A DNA stretch of 63,756 bases, the filler included, from Trichosphaerium sp. ATCC 40318 (lineage: Eukaryota; Protista; Tubulinea), in assembly GCA_038496445.1 (NCBI GenBank). It is 3 parts of 3 records of this genome, joined end to end, with 100 filler letters (N's around TTAATTAATTAA, not from the genome) between each part and the next. Parts side by side here need not be neighbours in the genome. Positions count along the whole stretch, not along the records: positions 23,039 to 45,226 come from JALMLS010000432.1; 2 more parts are not named here. One strand, written 5' to 3'. Below, piece by piece: positions 23,393-35,498 of the stretch. The notes below the pieces were generated by a model. The model ran no database searches, had not been told where the DNA came from, and saw only the letters and a list, made by a program, of their open reading frames with translations. Positions within the stretch are counted from its first letter, which is position 1. The number at the start of each line of letters is the position of its first letter. Made by a program: the position numbers and the translations under genes.

Positions 23393-26123
23393 TTAGACAC
23401 GGTTGAATTTCCATTGCTGGTTTGTATTGCCATTGCTTGAAGACCACAAGTGAACATTTTTATTGTTGCCTACAACAAAACTTCAACTTCGAATAAAAAA
23501 TAAATAGAAATTACCTCCACCATCAATTGAGTAAGCTGGAGCGTTCCTCTTTTGTAGCCTGAACTTCCCACCACCAACTGACACTGTTACACAAAAACAG
23601 TTAGTTTAAAAAAATAGACTGGCAACTAGTTCTGTTTTTTGACACGTGCCTTTTTTCCAATGTTGGTTGTGCTCGCTCGCTACGCAAATCCATAGTTTTA
23701 CGTTTTGTTCATTTGAACCTCCCGAATTACCGTCAAGACAGAATTGAGTGTTTCTCTTTTGGTAAGAGTAGTATCCATTTCCTCGAGAAATCTCAACCCA
23801 TTGCTGGTTTACATTATTTTTGTTATGAGTGTTAATGATAACCTAACGTCTTATAAGTACATATAACTGGTGTAGAAAAGCGTACGTTTTGATCGTAAGA
23901 GCCGCCATTTTTACCATCAAGAGCATAAGAAAGTGAGTTCCCTTTTTGGAGAGTAAAAATGTTGCTTCCACCTAAATACAAAAGTTACAAAAAGGACGGC
24001 TGGTTTGAATACAAAGAAATGAAATACGATTGGAGGTGCTTACCGCTTACTGAAACTGTCAATTTTCCATTTGTTTTAGCGCCCTTTTTGGTTGATGTTA
24101 AAGGAAGTACGCAGTTATGCTTAGCATACCTGTGAGGCAAACACAATTGGCTTCAATAAAATGTTTCCAGTTAACCTTATATCAAGAGTGTTTTTGTTAG
24201 ATTGTACAGGAACTGTCACAGTAAATGTTTTCGACTTTGAAGGCATAATATTGTGTGCATTTCCTTAAAAAACAATGTGTCAACACGTGTTCTTTAGCTA
24301 AAGGAGAAGGTGTAAAAGATAAAAAAATCTTACCAGGGAAGTTTACTGTGGAACTACCATAGTCCATTGTCAATCGCAATGGGTAGTAAAAAGGAGCATT
24401 ACCCTGTAAAGACAAGTTAGCTGTTGTGATAGTAATTTAAATTGTATTTCAGTGTACCCTGTTAAACATCTTTACAGTAACTCTTAGTTGACCACCGGTT
24501 ACAGTAGTTGTAACCGATTGAATGTAGAACTTATATCCCATTGATAGCGCAGCCTACAAGCAACACTTTTAGTAAGTAAGAGGTCTAATATTGCATCGTA
24601 CAGCTAACGCCCTTGGTCTATCTGCAGAACGGTACCCGGAACTGAAAGCAAAATTGTTCCTTATGATAGCTGAGAAAGTGTTTATTGTAAGTTGTAGTAC
24701 CATAACCAAGAAGGATGCGTTGCATCAACACAATCACTGAAATCTTGAGGATCAACCTTCTCACCAGAACAAGCAGATATAGGATCTAGAATTAGAGTGT
24801 CACTGGTTGGACATGATTCTGTTTAAGTTTTTTTTTTAGGCGTACTTGGTCTCATAATACATTCTTGAAGTTCAGGACGAAGCTCTCCACCAATAGGAGC
24901 TTTTTTCCAATTATTAATACCATTGTTGGCGTTAAGCTCAGCTAAAAAGCCAGTACTGAAGAACAACGTGTCTTGAGCCTAAACATCAAGTTAACCAACA
25001 ACATAAATATTTCATGTATACAAATGAGTCATCATGAAAACCAAGGCGAAGTTGAGAAGCACGGTAAGTGCCAATCCTAGCTGGATATCTCGCTTGAATA
25101 GATGTTATCTTAAAGGAGCTATTGTATACATATTCAGTCATTAAAGGGTTATAGGGGTTTTATACTTACTCATCATACGCTTTAAGAATTCTGTTTAGAA
25201 AAGCTGTGCTAGCTAATGGACAACCACTATTATGCCATTCTAGATCGCATTAATTTCTTACAGCAATTTGCTATACATTGTACCTGCCCTAAAACAAAGC
25301 GTTATTAAAATCGTAAATGAGTAGTATTGGTCTTACCAGTGTCCATAAAAACCGACCTGAATTGCTCCTAATTGTAAAAAAAACGTGATTAGATTTTTGT
25401 GTTTTTTGAAAAAAACATGTTTCACATACCTATACGATTATCACCATCATACCTCCTTCCCATTTCTTTTATTAGGTTTATAACAGCATTTTGAAATTTA
25501 GTGTTTCCGTAATCAGGAGCAACACCTTTCTGCAATTTAGCACAACTAAATTCACAACTCTTAAGCTGTTTTTGCGTACCTCCATCGAACTCGCTGTAGT
25601 AACATAAGTTCATGCCAGGGAGCAAGTATGCAGGTATAGCATCGTTGGGTCTCGTTGTTTGATATGGGTAATCCACAAACACTCGAAAGACTGCGTGATG
25701 TCCACGGCTTGCAACTATACAATGTTTAGTTAGTACCTCGCTCAAAAGGATCTGTTTTTGTATTTTCGAGAGCGTACCTTCATTCAGTATAGGTTCCAAA
25801 CCAGTGTTAAATGTGTATCTATTCGGAAATCACGTGTTAGAATGGGCAGTTCTACGGGTTTTTTTGTATAGGAAAATCGTACCTGTTTACACCGTTGGTT
25901 AGGTCCTTCATTTTGACGTAAAAGTTCTCCATGCCTACGGATTCGACATTAGTTTCACCAGAGTGCGTGGCGTACTGAAAGGGAACTTATTGCTTCCTGG
26001 CACAAAAGGGACGAACCCACGTAAAGGATTTTCGTGCGTTTTAGAAGCGTCAAAATTATACGTTGTGGTGCCGCTCATACAAGCCAAAGGGCAACAAATA
26101 AGAAGTAAAAGAAGCAGTTTCAT
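23393..26123 (-). CDS. Secreted putative glycoside hydrolase (DUF4874/DUF4832-like) with C-terminal ricin-B-like lectin domain
   Basis: Signal peptide; ENPLRGF, HHAVFRVFVDYP, PDY, RYDGDNRI, QVGFYGHWGEWH, GFHDDSF, PIGGELRPE; QxW repeats (NQQW, YQKRNTQFCLDG). Many introns. Confidence 0.75.
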
Positions 26124-26866
26124 AGTTTACAACAAGCTTTGAAAGCTCAAGAGTTGTTGTTAATGATATGTTGTTCACGAGATTCTGCTTTTTTATGGTG
26201 AGTTTTAAAACGACACACAAACTTAACCTAGCGCTAGAGAGAAAGTCAAAATTTATATGTATTGTACCTACACGTGCGGAGAAACGACAAGCGTGAGCAA
26301 GCGAATATTACGCACAGTGTACAAAATAACTAGCGAGCTACGGGTAAACAGACCCCGTGTCGTTTCGATCACATGGGCGATACCTTTTGTTCGCGTATTC
26401 TGTAGGCGTGAAGATAAGGAAACAAAGTGATAGTATAATCAAGCAGAAAACGAAAGTTTTCATTGTTTTTCATGTGCGGTCACTACTATGATATATCTGT
26501 ACTATATTTCTATGGTGTGGTATCATAAGTGAGCATAACTAGCGTGATTCCATATTTTTTCAATGTGGTTGATTTTCTCCAATACATCAGAAAGAGTAGA
26601 ACCCAATAGCAAAAAACCATTTGCTATTTCGAGTTTTGTGGTACTAGTGGGTAGTTCATTTAAACAATTCACACATAACAACTAGCGCATGTTTTTGTCA
26701 TGGTTTGTACAAGGCAGTAAATAATACAGCTTCTTGTACTACGCGAGCGCTAGAGATTTAGCCAAACGAGTATCACATGTTATGGAGTACCGAGAATTGG
26801 TAGGTTCAAAAGAATAGTATACTGGTGGTTCCACTAAAAGTACGTGGAGGTAATTGTACAATCTTA

Positions 26867-29800
26867 TTATTTTATTGTTTTTGCACGTGTTTTTTCATAG
26901 TCTCTAAATGGCAGTACTCCGCGTCTAATCTTGGGAACAGCGAGTACAATAGCAATTATTACAATCGCAATGATTAAACCAACGCCCATTGTAACGCCAA
27001 TGATTACGCCAACTGACACTTTAGAACTATCTGTTGATTGCGACGATGGCTCTTTTCCACACGATGGTGGTCTCAGTATTGTAAGTAATGTTGCTTGCCC
27101 TGTTAATAAAATGTATCAGCAAAGTAATAGTTTGTTAACAGCAACATATGTCCTACTTACTGTTAAGTGTAACATCAAGAACACAATTTGGTGTGGCTGC
27201 TGTAAAGTCATCGCTTAGACTTATCTTACAGTTCAAACTCCGAATCTCAAGTAACTTGTCACTTGTTTCATCATCTTCTTCCAATACCACTGTTCCGTTG
27301 ATATCCACACAACCAGTCACATTAAATGTCAATCCTAGTTCAGTCTCGAGAAATGTGTTGGTTGGTAGAATAAAGTTGCCTAAGACAAAACGGTTAAGAC
27401 ATCAGACTTTTAGCAGGTTTTCATACCGTTGATGATGATATCAAAATTGATTATCAACTTGCCATCAACTGTTATGCCCTGAGGAACTATGATGGGTGGA
27501 CTCAGGCATGAGTCACTGCATGGGAGATCTCCGAGTTGTTGACAAGTCGTATTAGAGTCTTGACAAAAGTAGTTGTTTTCAAAAGAAGCTTCAAACTCAG
27601 CACTACAATATGTTAGTAGACGCTTAGCACTTACCTTTTCGTACCAGTTGGTTACTGGAAATGCTACAAATGGACACCAAAAACTATTGTTACGAACGTC
27701 TCTAAGGTCAATGTGAGTATGAGACATAAGAAGTATGAAAAACATCATAGAAACAGTGATGTGCTAGAGAAACGTACATTGTAGTGACATCTCTGAGGAA
27801 CGCAGGCAATGGTCCAAATAGTTCATTATTTGATAAGTCTCTTGTGTTTAAATTTAGTAAACACATGTACAGAAGAGCAAGAGGAAGATACTAAACGTAC
27901 AAATTAACAATGTCAGTTTCAGTAATATTTGGTAGCTGTCCTGATAATTTGGTGTTATTTAAGTTCAAAGTAGTTGCCGTAAGTGTCAGTATAGAAGGAG
28001 GAATAGATCCAGAAAATTGATTCATACTCAAATCTCTAACGAAAAGTAAGGCAAGAATGAAAATAAAATAAATACTCACATTGAATTATAGCTGACATTT
28101 GAATTAAACTCAGGCAGCATTCCAGAGAAATTATTGTTTGAAACGTCTCTTGATTGAATATTAAGACTATACAGAATAATAATTCTATGACATACATGGT
28201 CCTTGTGTTGCCAGTTGTCAAATGCTCTATACCTCCACTTAACATGTTGTTTGCTACTTCCCTTCACAACAGTAAACAATTAGAGCCATACCATTTCCAG
28301 ACGTACACCAGAGAGTAATCACTAAATATAGCACTAAGGTTTCCAGTGAGCTTGTTACCACTTAATCTTCTACGAAAGATTATTAGAGAAAGAAATAGGA
28401 AAAAGTCCAAACTAACATTATAGACTTTTCTATCTGACTTTTTTCTAATTGTGGTAAATCTCCTTCAAACATGTTGTCTCTAAGGTTCCTACAAGTATTA
28501 TTAAATACTATATTCAAGATCACAAAAACTGGGCCATTACACAGTGTCTATGTTGAATATCCATGAAGGTATTTGGCCACTCAAGTTGTTACCCCTAAGA
28601 CTCCTAAACAAGGTCAAAAGAATAAAACTACTTGTGGATGAACATACAACTTTATAAAATTAAGACTACCAAGAAAACTTGGAATAGTTCCTTGTAAGCT
28701 GCAATTAACTATCTCCCTATAATCGATAAACAAGTAACCATAAATAAGGAACAGAAATACTAAAGCATACAGGTTATTTAGCTGAGTCATGTTGCCAAAG
28801 AATTGAGGAAAATCAATCAACTCTTTGTCTGAAATGTGACTATCCACGTGTTAAAAACAAACAGTAGCAAGTGACAAAGTTTTGCGCTTGTCGTACAATT
28901 CACTCACATCCACAAAATTGTCTGGAAACGCCTCCATACGGGCGATATCAAGACTGTCTGTAAACGTTGGTAATCCTCTTACACCCCTTTTCTTTTTAGT
29001 TATAATGTTAACAATTAAGTGCATTCGACGTACAAGCGAGTGAATCCACGTGTGTAAAAAACGTCAGGTATTGCTCCGGTTATTTTACTACTGTAATCCA
29101 ATACCCTATTGGGTAGATAATTAGCAAACGCTCTACAAGAACAAAACGCACAAAGAATGGATGCTAGAGGCTTCTGTAATGATTGGTAAAGGTCCTTCAA
29201 TACTAGTAGAAACAAGACCGCTTCCAAAAACGTAAGCATTAATGTGGCATAGTGCTATCACGTACAAAAACCCAAGCTGAGGAAGCATTGCAAATAGGTT
29301 ATCTGGTATTTTCCCAGTCAAGTTATTGTGGTATAAACTTCTAAACGAAACATTTTAGAAAGACAATAGTTTTAAAATATTGTACTTACAATTTGTTCAA
29401 GTTGTTTAGATTCACTATTTCAGGAGGAATTATACCTTGTAAGCCACCATTACCATCCAATCTGGAATGGCTCAAGTCTCTAATTGTAGCGTTGAGATTA
29501 AAGTACCAGTAAAGGTGAGTGTACATTGATGTTAAGTTGACCATAGTACCAATACAATTTGGAATACTTCCTGAAAGAAATACATTTTCAAGCCGCCTTA
29601 TTGCAATTAGCTGTAAATAGTATACCACAGTAACATACAAGCGCCTGAGTGAAGTCATATTACAAATTCTTGGCGAAATATAAGCTGACTTCGTGCTTCC
29701 CCTTAGAACTCTTTCTTCTGTTAGCCGAAAGTATATTGCCAAACGTACATTACTGCGAGATTTAAGAGTTTCCCTGGATTGATATCAAACGTCCACGTCA

Positions 29801-30215
29801 CTTTATTACTTGAAATGATTCTAAAGCAATTGAGGAGATAATCGCCGAACATTCGTACATCTCCGTAAGAGTATCATAATCATCGAAAGCATCAGTTGTT
29901 AAATTCATAGTTGGCAAATCAGCATCTGTAAGGTGACTATCACGTGATAAGTAGAAATATCACGAAGAATAAATTAGGCGCTGGTACATAGCCTCCATCA
30001 TTCTGTTGGTGTCACAAGCAACTTCCGTAGCGTCACAAAGCTAAAGTATCTTATTGATATTAAATATTAAACCGAATCCAAAACGCACGTGAAACGGGAC
30101 CAAGTTACTGTACTTTGGTTTTAAACCCTCTTCAAAACTTTGTTGTGCTAGCACCATTCCAATGGTCAGTATCAGCCCGATAACGCTTGATTCCAATAAA
30201 CTGACTGCTCGCATT
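26867..30215 (-). CDS. LRR receptor-like type I membrane protein
   Basis: Signal peptide, many LxxLxLxxNxLxGxIP repeats on separate short exons, Cys-rich juxtamembrane region, TM helix VGVIIGVTMGVGLIIAIVIIAIVLAV, short basic tail, no kinase domain. Confidence 0.85.
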
Positions 30216-31382
30216 ACCGTTACTACGCAAAGGGTTTTAATTGGAAAGTTACGATCTTATTTGGTGCCTATCGTCGTGATTTATTTGGTTTGAAACACAA
30301 ATACATTGTTGTATCATTAGTTCACAACGGTTTTACCTGGTACAACATTATTCCATTCTTAATAGTTTACCTTTTGCTCACTTGGAACGTGAACAGGCAA
30401 CACAAGATGTAATGTTTATTTTTATGTTTACCAGAAGGAGTAACGTGGCAACAAACTGACGTAAACCATTACGTGAACAAACTTAGTTTTAAATCAAAAT
30501 ATTTTTTTCACCTGTACAAATAAAAACACTGTGGTTATGAGCTATAACTTCAATTATAGCCTACTGAGTAATTGATAAACAACCACCTCACTGCCACCTC
30601 TAATCAAGCCTACAATGTCATGTGACTTTGAGTTTGAACTCAATCAATGGTCATCGCTTAAGATCAGCAGTAAGAAAAATAAACAGTCTTTTACTTTTTT
30701 TTTTCAAAGGTAGTGAGAGCCTAGTGCCTGAACTGTTTGTAGATGTTGGAGCAAGTGATACTATGCTGAAGCTTGCCCATGCTTCTAGAGCGTTAAATGC
30801 TCTTGATTCATGTATTTACGGTATCCCAGTTCAACAGGATGATCTGGTGGAACCGTCATTTGTCAAACTGCTGGAATCACTTCAAAAAAATAAGAAAATA
30901 TGCAAAGTATTTTAATAATGTACTTTTGACACTTCAGTTCGTTGTCATCACCAACCAGTCTTTAGAATTAGATCCTTTGATTGCTTGTTTTTGTACAGGC
31001 TCTTTAAACCTCTTATGATACTTATATAATGGTTAAAGAAGCATTCAGGCTTGGTAGTTATCACGGTTTATAAAACATCCATGTGGTATTGAGTGGCTTG
31101 GTGTCTTTTTACAGATATTAGAATACACTGCACACGGAAGACAAGCTTATGGGAATGGCGTGTCACGACTGGTTTGTATGTGCAAGTTACAATCTGCCAT
31201 TCATATGCTGGCGTTATATGATCATGGTTTACTGTACCGTAAAGCTGAAGAAGTAGCATTTCTTGGAAAAAAAGTCAAGTATTTGTAAAACCATTTTCAC
31301 TGACTGTTTTTCTGTGCTCTAACTTAAATCCATTTCACAGCCTGTTTGTTTGTGCCACCACACAGAGCTAAGAAAACAAGTC

Positions 31383-31727
31383 ATGGCACAAACGCGTCCT
31401 TTAAATAATTCACTTCTAAAGACCACCACAATTGCGAACTTACCTGTTGAGATCATTTACGCTATTTTTAAAGAGGTAGCAACTGGAAAAGTCGCAATTG
31501 TTGCTCTACAAAGCCTACATAACCTACCAGTGTGTAAACAATGGCACACGATTGCTAAGGATGATTTACTATGGCGTGAGGTTTACAGTATCCATTACAA
31601 CCTGGAAAACAAAGACTACACAACTGGATATTTCTACCCTCCATTTTTCAAGTTTGAGATTCCCAGCCGTGCAATAGGGTACCTTCAGCGTCCAGGGTTA
31701 ATGAACAGTGCTGGAATAGTGGTGTAG
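31383..31727 (+). CDS. Intronless F-box protein (short, possibly a pseudogene)
   Basis: LPVEIIYAIF...VCKQWHTIAKDDLLWREVY F-box motif; early stop. Confidence 0.7.
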   Translation: MAQTRPLNNSLLKTTTIANLPVEIIYAIFKEVATGKVAIVALQSLHNLPVCKQWHTIAKDDLLWREVYSIHYNLENKDYTTGYFYPPFFKFEIPSRAIGYLQRPGLMNSAGIVV

Positions 31728-33813
31728 AGTCTAGTGGGCAGGCCTTGTCTACAGTAGCATATGTAGATATGCCAATAGTCCTAGCACGTACCCGTCATGA
31801 TCTCTTGTTACATGAACACAACGGTACGTGTGTGGGCGTACTAGATAATTCATCAATGAAATGGTTAGAAGAACCCGTTTAGGATGCCTTTTCTGTCTAT
31901 TATTGGTAGAAGTAGGGACTATTTTTGTAAGCGGTTCACACCTCGTATATCAAAGCTTTAGCGTGTGTTAATGTATCTCTAGAACGAATTGCTCTATTGT
32001 TATGGTCTAAGTGTGAAATAAATTATTTACTTTTTTACATGTTTTTTGGCGTATTTTTTTAATACATAGCTAAAAAAGCTTCAATCGAGCTTCATTGATA
32101 ATAAGCAGATGATTCGAGCGTGAAATCATCATAAACCGCTCTTGCAAATAAATTGATGCGTTATGGGCTAAAATAAAGCTTATGGTACCACAATATGAAC
32201 GTGTATGTACAATGTACCTTTAAACGGCGGTTATCGCTCGGAAAACGCTTAAAACGTTGGTTTGCTGTGTTAATATTCTAGTCAAATCGAGTTCCCCAAT
32301 ACCGATGTAGGGCAAGTGTGTACAAGCGTTTAAATGGTGTACATACATTTAATAGCTATTTGACATATGTTAAGAAGGGTTTCAAGTCTGTACAGCCTTG
32401 CGTAATCTGTAAATTCCAATATTCCGTCATCCGTTACCATAAGCAATTTTACGTTTTATGAAATACCATGAATAATTGAAGGTCCCTTACTCTTTGAAAG
32501 TACAGTCCATGCACTGTATATGATACAGCATAACTTTCAGCAATAGTTAAACAATTGTAGCAGCATAGTTTCAAAGAAACTGTTTTTGGTAAGTACTGAA
32601 GTATCTCCATGTAAAAAGTAAGTTCTGTCTCTAAAACTTCTGTAGTGGTAAAACATAACTACAGCAAGCTTTATGGACCTCTGATTCAATAAAGTACCAA
32701 GCAAGAGTGAGTATTTTGACATTTTCATTTAAATATTATGTTCATCAACTTCTATGAAAAAGTAACCTCCGTGTTTTGATACCTAAATTATCAAATACTC
32801 TATAACTGCATATAGGTAGACAATGGTTTATTAAGCACCTGCCGCCAAAAGGAAAGATTTGAAAAAGGTATCTGTGGGTTAGAATGATTGTTCAAAATAA
32901 TGACCAATTTACAGCAATCAGGTCTAGAGACAGGTGATGGTAGCTTTATGTGGAACACTGAAAGTGATAACAAAAGCAAGAAACGACAGAATGTAATCCT
33001 TAATCACTATGGTGTTCAAGAATTACCTGCAAAACATAGTGGTGTTAGAGGAGAAGAAAATGATCCCAGGCAGAAAAAAGTCGGCTTTAGATTCAATGAA
33101 ATAGTTGATTGAAGTACACTATTAATTACCAGCAAGTTCTGGTTCGATAAAATTGTAGACACAAATATGCTCTGAAGCATACCAAAAATTTGGCCAAAAA
33201 TAACGTTTTTGAGGTGTGCTAGACTTTTTTTGAATGTGTGAACTGCTTACAAAAATCGTCCCTAGCACGAACAATGTCTCTTGGACTTGTTGGTCTACTC
33301 CTTTGTTGCATTGTAATAGTAGGACGTGATACTTGTGATTGTGGTCTATTTCTGTGATGTCTCTAGATTGGAAGTTAATCAAATAAAAGGGAGTTTGATA
33401 TTAATGATAAAACACATGTATGTATATGTGTCACTTCAACTATTATTGGAGCTAAGCCTGGTAATGATCCTCATGTCGTTTACTACTGCAAGAGGTATTA
33501 GCACCCTTTTGATTTAATAGTATTCATGCGACACTCAAACAACATACTGGAATAGTACAACAGCAAACGGTATATTTCTCTGATCACATTTTTTAATGAG
33601 ATTAATGACAGATATCTCTGCAATGAACATAAAATATGTTCTCTGAATATGTAGCAACCTTTAATAACACGCTATTAATCCTACAACTAAGGCCACATAT
33701 CCATTCTCATCTTTCGTGTGCCCTTTAACATTTCAGCAATACATTTAGATCAACTTTTAAAACAATCTTTATTTAGCTTATTACATAAAGGTTTACCCGA
33801 GTGAACATTATTG

Positions 33814-35151
33814 TTACTCAAGGTGTTGAGCAACCAATGATTCTGAGATTTCCCATAATTTCTTTGCAAACTCCACATCATTTGCTTTATCAATTGGTTT
33901 CGTCTCCTGCAAATAACAATCAGACCCAAAAAAAAAAATAGGAAAAAAAAAAGAAATTTAATTCTTCTCTTTTCACGTACTGAAGAGTCACTGTAATATA
34001 GTCCAGGAGTGTCTTGTAGGTCTGGATTCAAAGCGCAATACATTGATGTTGCGGCACCCTTTAAAATACGTGAGAAAAAGACAATAACAAAAAGTTCAAG
34101 CTAAAAAAGCTATGTACTTGTTCAGGTGTCTTTAAATTCATAAATACACCCAGCACTGGGGAAAGATAACCTATCCATGATTGATGTCTTCCCAAGTTTG
34201 TTTTCACTGCACCAGGATGTACACTGTGGCACGTGACTTCGGATTTCTTCTCTGTGAGTTGACGTTGAAGTTCTTTTATGAAAAGGACATTAGCAAGTTT
34301 ACTAGCTCCATAAGCGCTCCATGTAGCATAATCTCTTTTCTCCCATTGTAGATCGTCTAACTGTAATGGTGCTCCGTTGCCTAAATACTGCCATTAAAAC
34401 AAAGGAAATAAAACAGTAACACGTGATAAACAAAACGTACCGAAAGTATGTGCAAGTGAAGAAAGACCAATAATTCTTGATTTATCACCTTGTTCAACGA
34501 GATCTAAAAGACGTGTTGCAAATGCGTAATGGCCAAAGTGATTAACACCAATCTGTTTTTCAAACCCATCTACTGTTTTGCCGAAAGGACAAGCCATGAT
34601 TCCTAAAAACGGAGTTATTTTAACAAAGATCTTCCGCAAATAATAATAAAAAAAACAGAATAAGAAAACGGTCATGCTGTACCCGCATTGAGGATGAGAA
34701 AGTCTAGTTTGTCTTCCTTTGTATGTAACTCAGCTACAGCTTCCTTTACAGATGCCAGAGACCCAAGATCAAGCTTAGAGAAAAGAGGTTAGGATATGAA
34801 AAGTAAACTCAGGAGGCGGTTTTTTTTCAGAAAAAAGATCATCTTCGTACTTTTAGGAAGTGTAGTAATTTTTCGTCAATGCCACTCGCTTTGAGGTCAG
34901 CTATGGCTTGAGACGCTCTATCTTCATTTCTGCACGCCAAATACGTCTTAGCGCCTAGCCCTGCGAAGCAACGTGCTGTTTCATAGCCAATACCAACGTT
35001 TGCGCCTAAAAAGATTAGTCGGTTGGTTGACACCTAAAGAACTACCTGTTACAACAGCTACCTTGTCTGTAAGGTCAGGGTTGTACTTCTTGGCTATATC
35101 GCCTGCTGTAGACCTCCATGTAAATTCTCCTGTGCTTGCTGTATTGCCCAT
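33814..35151 (-). CDS. Short-chain dehydrogenase/reductase, retinol dehydrogenase/WWOX-like
   Basis: TGANVGIG, ACRN, LNAG, VNHFGH, YGASK, VHPGAVKT motifs; N-terminal MGNTAS (possible myristoylation). Confidence 0.93.
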
Positions 35152-35498
35152 TTGTATTGATAAGTGGTGGCGTTGTTGTGTTGAAGTAGATTTGTAGACA
35201 GTTTGGTCCAAATTGAGTCGCAGGGAATAACATTTGCCCCAGTTGTGATATGTACCCAATTTACCAATAAACTAAGCTCTCGGTGCCTTTGGGGGCGATA
35301 TACGCGCTGCAAACGCCATTATGTCATCAGGCCACGCACACGTGCTAAAGGGAAAAACCTCTTCCTTAGTTTTTGAGCTTTTTCCGACTCAAGACTATTC
35401 TACGCGTAAAGAAGGTGGTTTGTATAAAAATAGTGCACAAGTATACTGTTGACTGAATTCTGCTTTTTTTGGCTTTTTTATTGAAGTAGTTGTGGTAA

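Noticed and set aside
30600-33700. Short ORFs around the F-box fragment
   Set aside because: No recognisable domain or consistent exon chain; possibly decayed genes, but I cannot support a call.
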